Positions 51,311-64,000 of a stretch of 64,000 nucleotides of DNA are shown piece after piece (positions within the stretch are counted from its first letter, which is position 1; every line of letters starts with the position of its first letter). Both the position numbers and the translations under genes were made by a program. This stretch comes from Ylistrum balloti (lineage: Eukaryota): the NCBI RefSeq assembly GCF_031769215.1, contig NW_026782164.1:372001-436000 (forward strand), read 5' to 3'. The notes under the pieces are model-generated. The model was not told the origin of the DNA. It ran no database searches and was given only the letters and a program-made list of their open reading frames with translations.

Positions 51311-53827
51311 ATAATGGTATCACCTTCCAAACCATTATTGATCTGATTGGGAAGGGAATTAAATCCTGAACAGAATATGATCAAGACCGAGTGATCTAAA
51401 CTACAATTTAGTCTAACCCAGTCATCGACTGAATAACGTATTAAACTACGTGAAATGTAAAGTAATACAACATAGCGCCCAATCAAGAAAGAAGTAATAA
51501 AAATGTCCTGTCCATCTCTGGAGTCCTAGCTACTAACCTCTCACGGCGGATGCTTTACTAGTAGGTTTAAGGAAATGACATTCTAGCTACTTCCATTTTA
51601 AACATCGAAGCTGTATCACAATAGCAATAGACACTTGTGGTTATAGCGTATATATATATTACATATTTAGCAGTGAAATATAGGGATATATCAAACTATT
51701 TTTTTTGATTTAGGATTGACCATCAGAGAGCCTGATACAAATCTACTCCAATTCCAGGCAGGACTACTTTTTAATTTTTTTCCAGTTAACGTTTGAACCA
51801 TTTTATTGTGTATAAGTGACATCAATAAATTGTAAAATCCATGTCCAAACACAAATAAACATTCATTATGATTTATTTATGAGTCTGTATATTTTTACTG
51901 ATTTTTCATGAAATGGACTATTTTTTGCCGCGCACAACATCGTTGTATAATGAGTGAGTGCGTAGTGTCTGGAAAAAGCATGGTCAACTTACCCATTTTA
52001 TAGTTATCGTCAGTTTGCCATTGTTTTGGTTTATTTTTGCGATGAAAATATAATAAACAGAATATTTAATGGTGTCTTATATATATTTTTTATGATATAT
52101 TTGAAATAGGATACAGATGTACACAGAACTTACACTGGTTAAAAGATATAGTCAAAAGGAAACCAAATCCGGGTATATAGTTATCATTACGCACTGAAAA
52201 TTTTCAGCTAGAAATGCGGTCATGCACACACCCAGGAAATACCCAGTAAAATGTAGGGCAATGCATTTTGTTACATATATTCCTTAACGTAGAAGGTTAT
52301 CTGTGCATTGTTCAGAATCACTACGAAGTGTTAAGAACTATCAGCAGGGATATAAATATGTTCAGTGTGTAACACAAATACTTCTGGCCAAGGGGGTCAC
52401 GATCTCCCGATTTCGTGAGTATTTCTCATTTTTTTCCATATTTAGAAATCAGTATCAATGTACAACAGAACTAGTTTAACTCTAGCATAATTTGAACGAG
52501 GACATTGAATAGGTAGACTGACGTGTCATGTTTCAATAGCTTGTGGTGTAAGATATAAAAGTTTCCTTCCAACATTATATTTTATTTATTGTATTTGTTG
52601 CTTTTTGTAATTGTGAACTGTTTCATACACCTTAATTATCACAAAACGTATATTTACACAAATTTAAAATGTACAAAATACTAAGGGGAATTATTGCATC
52701 ATGTATGATATAATTACAGCTTTGTGGTCTATCTTTTAAATAACGTCATTCACAATATTGTTATCCCCATTGTATTGAAACAATGTTTTTTTTTAAATTT
52801 GCGTATCTACCAACTAGAGCACTTTATAATGAGTTCTTAAGCACAATGACAGTTTCTTAATGTTTGCCAAATCTTTTATTGTGTGAAAATACGGCTTGAA
52901 ATTTAAAACTTTGTTTAAGTCACTATGTCTGTAGCAACGTCATAATTATATATATGCAGAGAACTATCTCAGATGTATACACATACCGAGGAATCATTTT
53001 ATAGTCACAAGGTGGACGTTCCTTTAGTTATGATCATTCACAATTGATTTTGCAGTAGAGCTGTACAATAATGAAAACTTTGGAGACGATATTGATATTC
53101 CTAAAAGTAACTAACAATCGAACTTGTTAACAGTTAAATGACTGCTTAATAGATATTTACTTCATATATTTGCATATGTCCTAAAAAATACGTTCAGCTT
53201 TAGTAGAAACCTAATTATCTAAAACTTGCATACACAATACCGTAAAAGCTTACGTCAAGACAGGAATGTTAATTGTTATGGTAGAATTACAAATATCTCG
53301 CAAAACAAGGTAGTTAATAGTGTACCACGTCCTGGTTTGTGTCCAAGTTTTTTCATATCAGCTGAACCATGAACAATTTATAACACATGGTGCAAGCAAT
53401 ATCTAGTAAAATGTCCTTATATAGTAACTTAATACTCCAAAGCTGTATATTAACTTCGGTGTTCATCGAATCAGTGTTTTCAATTCATTCAAGGTATTTT
53501 TGCTGGGAGTCTAAATTTACCTTTATGCAATAGGGATATCGGGTGTGTACCTGCATGTCTGTAGTATTAGACCATCCGGTGAGTGAGTATATAGACTATT
53601 GCATATTGACAGGACAAAATCGATGAAAATTGACTTCTGGTCACATTTTTGTGTGTTACATTACACCTTAATGCATAATCAAGTGTATTTTGTAAAATCT
53701 TCCTTCGTAAATACAAAGTCACTTTGCATATTTACACATTGATCTTTACAGAGCTACATGTATACAGTTGATCTACAAAACCATGATATCACAATAAATG
53801 TCTATAATTGTTTCTTCTTTTGCAGGT

Positions 53828-56800
53828 ATGACTATGGAAAGTGAGGATCTAAGATTCAATTCATACCATTCAGACAATGTCCAACTGTATAACGACCATC
53901 GATCCGCGCGGATTGCAGATAAATCTAGTGTTTTACGTATTCACCCGGCGTTAGTACCTGACCATAGGTACAAACTGATAGTGGAGGGTAAAGGGAAGAT
54001 CGACGTCGTTTTGACACATAATGCTAAAGCTTTTGAACGCCAGACAAAAATAACATTAGAAAAAGCCACCTACGACACGCATATTTATCACATGCATCTT
54101 CATAGTGATGAGCACCTGCTGAACAATGGTAGCAAAGACGCAAAGGGAACAGAAAAGACTTGTTTAAATTACAGTTTTGTTGTGGAAAAGGAGAGTATGC
54201 AAAGTGATGATCACGCTTGGCGGATTGATGATTTGAAGTGTGAACCAGGCCAGTCCTGGCATCTCTTGTTTAGTGTGGAGGGAAACATTAGTCTAATAAC
54301 CTTGCCAACAGAGGGTACGTACAACATTATTATTAATATTCACATATTCCTTAAAAATGCAATCTTGAATTCATTCTTATTTAAAGAGCGATTAATGTGA
54401 CAAATGTATATAACATATATAGAGTGAATGAATTTTTAATTGCAGGTTGCCAAAGAGAGGAACAACTAAGATTTGTTAGCGTTGATGACCATACTGAACA
54501 CCTTAGTGTAGACAAATTAACATATAGACGTTCTATCGAATGCACAGAGATTTGTTTTGGGAATAGACTGTTACATCAAAATGAAGAGATAAAACTAATG
54601 GTGATGAGAAAGGAAAGTCACGCAGTGTGTGAGATACGCGCTATATCCGACGAAAATTTCAGATGTTTGGTTAGGACAAACAGTGACGCCAGATACATGA
54701 ATATTTGTAAACCTCAACTGTCCGTCGTTCTGCGAAACAACGTATTAAGTGACCCAATGACGAGTCAAATCCAGGTCAAGGTTCCAATGCAATCATCTGG
54801 ATGGCCAGTGTTCATCTTTTCTGGTTGTACACTGGAGTTTGGTTCAGGTATCTATTTCAGAATAACACAAATGACATAATGCATGTTAAGATTTCATTGA
54901 TGATACTGTTTATTTTCTTTTGTTGATTTTTCGTTTACAAATCAATAAGCTAAAACAAAATAAGAGATTAAGATTTGGATTTCTTTAGGACAATGTAACC
55001 AATTACCACAATATATACTTTTTAGCCCTACGAAAATATATGTAGAAATATTATTACCAATCACTTCGAGGAACTGGATTGAAAACGGTTTCCATTCCAA
55101 GGTAATTCAGCATCAGCTGCATTCCTCTAAACATCTTTTCAGATTTCCCGAGTCGAGGTTTGCCTGAGGAGCCTATTCTAAATGAATTAACTGAAGCTTC
55201 AAAAGAGCCTGAACTACTTCAACAGATACAGAGTGAATTGGCATCTTTAAAAGCAGAACTCGATGTGAAAAGAAAAGACGACATGGAACACCAGAAGAAA
55301 CTACAGGAACAGTTGAGAGCCTCTCAAGAAGAAGCTAAACAGCAGTCTACTTCTCTGTTGGAGATGAGAGACCAGCAAAGTGAGATATTAAGTGGCATCA
55401 ACGATACAAAGACGGTAGTCAAACGTCAAACAAAAACGATAATGACCAAATTAAACAGATTTAAGACGATGGGGAAAGAAGATGGGTCGTTTGAAATGTT
55501 GAGAAAGTACATCAGTCCGAACTACAGCCGGATTAATAACTCTCTTGAAATAAAGGAATTTATGGACTATTTGCTACAATATGGAGTGTTAACTGATCAG
55601 CAATACGATGACATCAAGAACAGGGTATGTAAATTACTACTATTTGTTCCTTGGTATTGCAGTCGAAGTTTATAATAGAATTAGATCAGAATTCAAGATG
55701 ATCACTTCTTTAAAATTGTTCCACATGTATTTATGAAACGCTGTGAATAAATGTAGAAACCATATTTTATGTAAGAAATTAATTCCAAACTTTACAAAAA
55801 TAGATCATTGGATATTATAAAATACATTACAGAAACACACACGCGCATGTTATATAGATACTATACTTATAAAAAAGGGTTTGATCTTAGAAAGTAGATT
55901 AAAAGCTAAAAACCAATTTGCTGCCGCACTAATTTTCCAGTACAGGCGTCGGTAGATGTAAAACAGTAATGATTCATTTTCATAGATTATTTTTATTTTT
56001 TTCCTGAATAACAGATATTTCTTGTCATTTTCGCGGCAACTTGTTTTGAAATATTTTTTTGCCTTTCAGTACAAGATACGGTAATGATACTTGGATATCA
56101 AGAAAAATATTGTGCAAAATACTAACTAAATTTCCATTTGCTTTAATGAGCTTCATATTGCATAAGAAAAAACTGGAAATTTTCCAAAATTACCTGAATC
56201 TTTTATTTGACTTTATCTTTTACATTTAGATAGAGAAATTATCGATTATACTTTTCCTTATTGAAACAGAGGGGATCACTGTGCTTTATTTTTCTTAGCA
56301 ATTTGTATCCAAAAAGACAGTTATCTAGAGATCAAGAAGCAGGCCAAATTATTTGCTTTCGGATCCTTAAAATCCAGAAAAATGATCCAGCAAATTTCTT
56401 CCCAAGATTCCAGATTTACACTTAAGAGAATAATCTTAATAACCATCAAACGTTAACATTGTTGACGCTATTTACCGAATCACGCCGTCAATTAGGTCAT
56501 CAAAAAGTAGTCCACCAATGAAATTTCCTCAAATCATCCTAAAAAAAAAGTCCGTGAAGTTGATTCCCTATTCCCTAATCCTTATTCCATTACTTATTCG
56601 ACGGTGCAGTTGATTACGTTTTCCTTATTCCTTATTCAATTACCTATTCTAAATTTTCATTCCTAATTCAATACCTATTATTTATTGATTTAAAAATTAT
56701 GAAATAACACAATAAATGTTTCTGAATAATTATCAAACCTGCCCATTCTATTATTCCTCTTTTCTATTACAGTGTACATATTCAGTACACTTTTCTTAAT

Positions 56801-59443
56801 CCATTCCCTCATTTGTTATTCGATATTCCCATTACTTATAAACAATAAAAATAGTTTTAAATGAATGAATAAACGTTTTAATTGCATTTTCCACCTATAC
56901 AACATATGTAAAGTGCTCATTACTTATTCCAATCCTTCATTACTTATTCGATTTTCTCATTACTTATTCGATTTATTATCATTTATAAACAATATGCATA
57001 GCTTTAAATGAATGAATAAACGTTTTAATTAAATTTTCGACCAATAAGACACATGTAAAGTGCTCATTACTTATTCCAATCCTTCATTACTTATTCGATT
57101 TTCTCATTACTTATTCGATTTTTTCATTATTTATAAACAATATGCATAGCTTTAAATGAATGGATAAACGTTTTAATTAAATTTTCGACCAATAAGACAC
57201 ATGTAAAGTGCTCATTACGTATTCCAATCCTTCATTACTTATTCGATTTATTATCATTTATAAATAATGTAGATAGTTTTAAAATGAAGAATTAGACGAT
57301 TTCATTCTATTTTCGACCTGTTTATCGGAGATACTGTACTCATTATGTATTAGAATCTGATATTTCTTTAGAATCTATTGTCAAAATGAACGGTGAAATA
57401 CGTATCAACTATTATTATATCCATAACTTATTCATACTTTCATTTCTTATTCTGAAACTGGTATTACTGAATTGAATTCTCACTTTTCTTACTCTTTACC
57501 CTTTGTCCACTTTCCTGTCCATACTTGGTTAAAACAAATCATTGGGTATTTCTATTACTTATTTGAGTTTTATATATGTCGAAATCAATGTTCACTTCCT
57601 GCTCGAATCCTTTACAATGAATAATTTTCTTATTTTCTTTTATTTTAATATATCAGTTTGCTGTATCTTGTACGTTTATTTTGACTGTAATCCAAAGTTT
57701 ATTTACCGACTGGCATTACTGACAATATAGATGAAAACGTTAATCAATTATTAGTAATCCTAACAATCCTATTAGTCTATGTTTCTATCATGTCGCAGCC
57801 ATTTAGCTACAAAAAACATGATGGAAGATTAAATGGAAACTTTAGAAAATCTCGTCAGGTCATGTGAATACGGTCCATACAAAAAGTCTGCAAGATGGTT
57901 GGCAAATATATGATTGAATTATGAAATGTTTTAATGAGTAATGTCCTTCTGTATTGTCCGGTATGTAGAAAAATATTGTTGTTTTTCCCCTCCACTCGGG
58001 TGTACCAATTTAAAGAAGATTTCAAGTCGTTCTCACGACATTTGTAGGTGGAAAGAACGAAAGTTCTAGGTCGCTAATTTGCCGATTTTAATTTCGTTTT
58101 TTTTTCACTCTACTTTTGTCGTTTTTTCGTGGCGAAATAAAGAAATGGCACAAATCATAGAGGCATAAAAAGAAAGATCAATCAAATTGAAGCATTTTGT
58201 AGGAAAAGAGACAAACATAAACACCATTGTGAACATATACATTATGGCTTCTCTCGTAAATTTCCTAACTCATTCATATTAAAATACAAAATGTCAGATC
58301 ACCATTGTCATCGTTAAGATATAAAAACAACACATATAGAAATCCAGTTCATTTACATTAATTAAATTCGTAACAAAAATCAAAGTAAAGGTAAGGAAAA
58401 ATGTACTCCAAATGTTTCTCCTACGATACATGCAGATATTGCTATACTCAGTTTTTTTTATCTGACCCGTTAGATCCGAATGATATATACTTACCGGGAT
58501 TCGTCAGTTAGGGGGTATGGGTTAGGGTACAAATTAACGTTAGGAAAATCCTAAGTAACGAGGAAATCGAATAAGTAATAAAGGTTTCGAATAAGTAATC
58601 AGCATTCTACATGTGTTGTATAGGTCGAAGAAAGGAATTAAAACATTTATGCATTCATTTAAAATGATCTTTATTTTCTATAAGTAATGAGGGGAGGAAT
58701 AACAAAAAGGAACTGAGTACATAATAGAAAGGAGGAACAATAGAATGGGCACGTTTGATAATTATTCAGAAGCATTTATAGTGTTATTACATAATGATTA
58801 CATGAATAAATGATAGGTATTGAATTAGGAATGGAAGTGTCGAATTGGTAATTGAATAAGGAATAAGGAATAAGTAATCAACTGCTACGTCGAATAAGTA
58901 ATGGAATAAGGAATAGGGAATAGGGAATCAACTTCACGGAGGTAAAAAAAAACGTATTTTAAGCTTATAAGTTTAACTGTAGAAGTCCAAGATAATATAT
59001 TGGAATTTATTTTATATTGCATGTCTTACTTTCGGTGAACACATCAGTGGTGTGCATCCTTAAGGTGTTAAATAGTAATGCTTTTATTCTCAGTCTTCAG
59101 ATCTGAATAACTACACACGCATCATACGTATTGCATAATACATTTCATATACAAGTATGAATAAAATTCAGTGGAGCATTTTATTTGGTTTCTTTCATTT
59201 GATTATAATTATGTACATGCTTCATTTACATGTTCTAAAATAAATGATTTCCTACAAAATCCTAAAAGTAATTTTGTGTTTAAGGATCTTAACCTTGTTT
59301 ATGGTATATCGTTACAGAACCAAGGTGAACAAAGATGTGATCTACTAGAAATTCTACGAAGGAAACCAGTAAGTTATCTGCCAGAAGTGGTAAAGGCACT
59401 TGAGAGAAGTGGAAACAAACACTTGCTCATGTATTTCAAAGAC
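53828..59443 (+). CDS. Spliced gene encoding two Neuralized-like (NHR) repeats, a coiled coil and a CARD/death-fold domain; exons 53826-54314, 54446-54847, 55143-55624, 59318-(59443, gap); about 500 aa visible
   Basis: GT-AG introns with phases 1,1,0 join the ORFs 53798, 54397, 55160 and 59171 in frame. Exons 1 and 2 begin LRFNSYHSDNVQLYNDHRSAR and LRFVSVDDHTEHLSVDKLTYRR..CFGNRLLHQNEEIKL. Heptad-rich QQIQSELASLKAELD..LQEQL follows. The C-terminus LRKYISPNYSRINNSLEIKEFMDYLLQYGVLTDQQYDDIKNR|NQGEQRCDLLEILRRKP..VVKALERSGNKHLL is CARD-like. The 3' end is lost in a gap. Confidence 0.78.
56550..58942. mobile_element. Foldback-like element of about 2.4 kb with long terminal inverted repeats, intronic
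   Basis: TCCGTGAAGTTGATTCCCTATTCCCT..TTCCATTACTTATTCGACG from 56551 is matched in reverse complement ending at 58940, with similarity over about 300-400 bp. Three internal units of about 147 bp start at 56906, 57053 and 57201. TAAAAAAAAA flanks both ends. Confidence 0.85.
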
Positions 59444-59634
59444 NNNNNNNNNNNNNNNNNNNNNNNNNNNNNNNNNNNNNNNNNNNNNNNNNNNNNNNNN
59501 NNNNNNNNNNNNNNNNNNNNNNNNNNNNNNNNNNNNNNNNNNNNNNNNNNNNNNNNNNNNNNNNNNNNNNNNNNNNNNNNNNNNNNNNNNNNNNNNNNNN
59601 NNNNNNNNNNNNNNNNNNNNNNNNNNNNNNNNNN
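59444..59634. other. Assembly gap
   Basis: Run of N. Confidence 0.99.
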
Positions 59635-62600
59635 TTAATCAATTGAGTTAATATATCACAACCTCTATATTACGATGAAGTTGTCGATATTGTCTGCATT
59701 TTTCTAGATGTATCAGAACCAACACTGGATATATATATATTATTTTGAGAAGAAGAAAAAGAAAAAAAAAATACTTGAAGAAAAAAATAATTAAACAAAA
59801 TGAAACATAAAAGATTGAATAAATGAAATGTGTCCCGACAGATCTTCGAACATCCTGCCATAACGGAGCTCATTGTTTAAAACTATATAGCTACGGTACT
59901 ATAAATGTATTAACTGTTTGCTTCACAGTATATAAGTAGCTAACCAATAAAATTCCTGTAGTACCTTGTTACTTTACGAAAAGTAGCTGATGAAATTCTG
60001 GAGTAACTTCCGAGTCGTTTAGAGGTTTTGCAATGCTGACGCTTTCAAACGTGCAGATGCTCCAATGCATGATGTAGCGTTTTTGGCAGTGGACATATGT
60101 ATTGGAATTTAATAGCAAATATTTAGGCAAGTAGACCTTGCCCAATGTCCCCGTGCGGTCAGATCATCTGACTTAGTCAATATGTACTTGGATCAGTTGT
60201 TGTCTAATCTAACGTAGTCAAAATTGTATTATTATATAAATACTCATTTGATTAATGATTTTTATTTCAACTATATTTTTACATTCATAATATTCTAGCT
60301 ATCCTTTATATGTCATTTGGCTAATACTAACAATGTTGATAACATATTGTTACAACCTGATAATGCAATGACATAATCATGTTTACTTAATTGTGCAATA
60401 ACACGAAGTTATGAAATAAAAAGGATAAATTTGGTGATTTTTTTGTGTGTTGAGTGTTAACTATTGAGTATTTCAAAGTCGTTCACTATCTGATTTATGC
60501 AATTTTATCTTGATCAACCGGTTGTAACACGACCAACCCATTCACCAATTAAACAGATCAGATAAAGAAATAAACACAAGGCGCCCATCTTTTCTATTAG
60601 AGTTGCTTCCCCTTAACCACTAGTCTTGTAATGTTGTCCTTTATGTTTGCACATGCGCACTTTATAATAAATCAGTCACAGTTCGCAGCCATACTGTGTT
60701 TGAGTTGCGCTTCCAACACAAATTACAATAAGATACATATTAACAGCGGTAGAACAAACCAGACGTCAATGCTACGTGGCCCTCTCGAGCACGAACGGTT
60801 CCGATAATTAGAGGCGTATATGTAATACCCTTGTGCTGTTTAGTTGGTAAGTGTTAAAAAGGAGACCACCTAGACATTACAACGTTCGAAATGGCACCAA
60901 ACACATAATAAAACAACCAGGTATTATTTTTCATATTGGCGTTACAGACAAAGCGTCCAGATGTTAACATGCTTTTTGTATACTCATATCTTCATGTTAC
61001 AGCTCCTTAACGTTCTAAGTTTCAATAGAGTAAGTTATGTAATGTGTCATGTATAGGGATTTCTTCCACTAGATGTTGTAATTATCCCAAACTTTTGAAC
61101 TTCAGGTATACACTGCAGTTAAAGAACCAGTCACATGTAATAACACTGATATAAATAAGTGAATTGAAATTGAGGTAGTTTGTACCATTTATCATATTTT
61201 AAAACAATTTTAAAGCTTTTGGTTTAGATATTGTGAATTGTCACGATCGAATAATCATATGGTATGATTCATTCTGTTTGTCTCAAACTATTTCATAAGT
61301 AATGTTTTGACTTATGAAGAATTACAACAAAAAAGCTTAAGAGATACAGACAAAGATAGATAGTCATATAACCTTTATATTTCAGGATACAAAATGAAGT
61401 TAGATGTGTTAAATATTTTCATGCATAATGGGACCACACATTTTCGTGCTCGTCATGAACTACAATTACATTATCTATTCATTATTCCTATTAGTCAACA
61501 CCCATCTTTTCTTTCAATATTGATTTTTTTCTTCTGTCTTTTCTCTGTTATGACTATAAGACTGTTTCCTTCCTGTTTCTATGTTTGTCTATTTATTTGT
61601 TGTTTCTTTGTGTGTGCTATTGTAATGGCGTGTATGAGGTCCATTTATCTGATATGTGTATAACGTTCAGTATAAACACTTTTATACTTCTATTTAATAA
61701 AAAAAAACTTGGTTAACCACGCACTATAACGGATGGGAATATGGTCATTTTGCGGGATAGCTAGAAAGATGTTCTATGGTTGTTAGTACGAAAACAGTGA
61801 CCATGCAAAACGAACATACAGTAAGGTAACTGCTGGCTGCTCGAATTGGAATTGATGGAGTACATTTGGATCATACGATTTTTACTGAATGGTAGAGTAA
61901 GCCTAACCTTGTATTTTCTTGTACTAGTTTCTGCCGGGAATAATAATCACTTCTGGTGTGTGAAACTTTAAAACGTTTCAAGATAAGTGTTGTAGATATA
62001 CAGATTAATGAATAATGACAAACTATTGTAGAATTAGATATTTCAATGTGGCTCAACTTCCATTGTTTTTCAAAGAAAATACTTTTTCGTAGACGCTTGG
62101 TTTCGTGAAAAGATATCGCCCCAGAAAAACTAAACCCCCCCCTTTCTACCACATTACCTATTTTTGTACTGGTTTTAATTTTTTCCTGATTATCAATAAT
62201 GTACACATATTTAGGTTTTGATTACGGAAAGTTTCTAACACAATTTCAGGTTGGCTATAATGACACACTCATTCACATAAATAGCAGTAGTCTGGATTTA
62301 CTAACAGTTACAAGTTTATCTTTTTTCAATCAATTGTGCTAATGATTACTCTCAACCAGAATGTGTTTTGATTGTTTTTTTCCCTTTTCTCGGAAAACAG
62401 AGTGATGATTCCTTAAACAATGCCCCATTTTATTAATTCCGTTATAATTACATCACCTTGTTTCCAGCTGTTTGTAAAACCACAACAATTTAAACCATGA
62501 ACGATTCTAACCTTGCAATACACCTACCATTATTGCATGGAATCATGTTTTCTGTTTTGTTATCACATAGATTAAACTTGCCAGGTTTTAAAAGAGTTAT

Positions 62601-64000
62601 TTTTGCAGTTGGCATTCTCACTACAGGCTGCAATCATGTTACTAATTGGATAACCTTTTTGCTTTGCTGCTTTTGGTTCTAGTTCTACACATTGTAATTA
62701 AGACGACACATCTTCCTAACAGCTGTTCAGATATATTTCTATTATGTCGGATAGATGAATGGAATGTATTCTAAGTCTGCCTATCACCTGAGATAGACAT
62801 GGAGTATCGGATATATCTACCAATTATTGCAGTCACTGTAGGCCCATACATCAATGTCTACTACTAGATGCGTCTTGAACGTAGTTCTCAAAGTCTGTAT
62901 TACAAGTCTATCTGCCAACAGCCATCCTTTGTTCGCCCTTATCCACTTGTTCAGACTCAGACTTGAGGTCATTAAAAGATCTGTCAAAGGTAAACGCAAT
63001 TTGACCATTTATTGACTTGAAAACAAAATTGTTCTCTCTGTTTTGAAACTGTGTCCACCTGACATTTCTATGCTACCAACGTAGAAGCTTGTATGTATTG
63101 GAGTCACTAAGCCACATGTTGGCCTTTAGCCTGGGTTCATTAATCTTATTTGTATTTTGAATATCGTCCTTTGTGATTTACACTTTATTGAAACATTTAG
63201 ATATTTTCTTAGTACTTAAAAAGATAGATGATGCGAGTCTTCTAAATACACTTGACACATATTATAAACATTGTAGAGCACCATTAAAGTGATATTAATT
63301 TGTCGTATAATTATAGTTTCTATAATAAATCAATATCTGGATTTATTAACCTGGAGATGTAGTGTGTTATATGATACTTAATCAATTAAATGAAAACTAG
63401 TAATATGTGCCAGAGAAAGATCACTAAGCAGCCAGCAACTTACAACACTTGGTTGACCACCATTTTCGTCTACTCTGTCAACATCTTTCCCATTGGGTTT
63501 CTCATTCTCGATCGAATCACAAACATGATTTCATTTGCTTGTTGTTAGCATAAAGAAGACCGTTTCATTTAACTCTATCTTTACTTTCTGAATAGTCATC
63601 TAACGAAATATGTATGTGTGTAAAATAAATTTGGTGTTGTAAATTATCTTTATCAAGTTTCATCTGAAGATAATCATTTAACTGACTAGCTTGCGCAGAC
63701 AGATCGCGGAAAGAAAGTATTAAAATGTTTACGATGAGCTATTTACAAATAATTAATGTTTCGTTGTTTGCACGCGAAATGCAGCTTTCTGATTCGTCCA
63801 TTTTTTCTTTCCATTTCTCGATGTAAACAAAACAAAACAAAAAATAGCTCCACCAACTTGAAAGTGATTGGAAGAGTCAATGGCAGCACGCCACCTCGCG
63901 GCGTTTCAGTTAGAACTTCTCTTGTATGAATGGTATATCTGGTGTGTGGATCGCTATCATTCAATGATGTTAACAAAAGAACAGGATACAATATCATAAA

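Noticed and set aside
61387-61430. Possible terminal exon (IQNEVRCVKYFHA*) of the NHR-CARD gene, with AATAAA near 61696
   Set aside because: The phase cannot be established across the assembly gap, so it is unsupported without transcripts.
62817-63015. Minus-strand 63-aa ORF with an acceptor-like site at 63016
   Set aside because: No recognisable motif and no partner exons were found in the window.

Overview
This is AT-rich, intron-containing animal genomic DNA, not prokaryotic; the repeat types suggest a mollusc such as a bivalve (inference). Most short ORFs in the track are spurious, and three of the real genes are spliced and so missed or only partly captured by the track. Reconstructed by hand: (1) two tandem five-exon paralogs encoding small, secreted, very acidic double-Kazal proteins with P1 Asp (8108-10264 and 20518-26325); (2) a 5'-truncated L1/Tx1-type LINE and an intact Tc1 (DD34E) transposon; (3) two intronless paralogs of a family I do not recognise, both ending in a CaaX motif (CCTIL); (4) a single-coding-exon LAP1/LULL1 (TOR1AIP)-like gene; (5) an Arg-type tRNA gene plus a sister copy lacking the anticodon arm; (6) a spliced gene apparently encoding two Neuralized-like repeats, a coiled coil and a CARD, with a foldback element in the CARD-splitting intron. 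Also present are minisatellites, Helentron-type non-autonomous elements, Penelope-like relics, a degenerate hammerhead-like motif, a complex local duplication and two assembly gaps. The best candidates for undescribed biology are the NHR-NHR-coiled coil-CARD protein and the prenylation-motif protein pair. All family assignments are from motif recall, not database searches.
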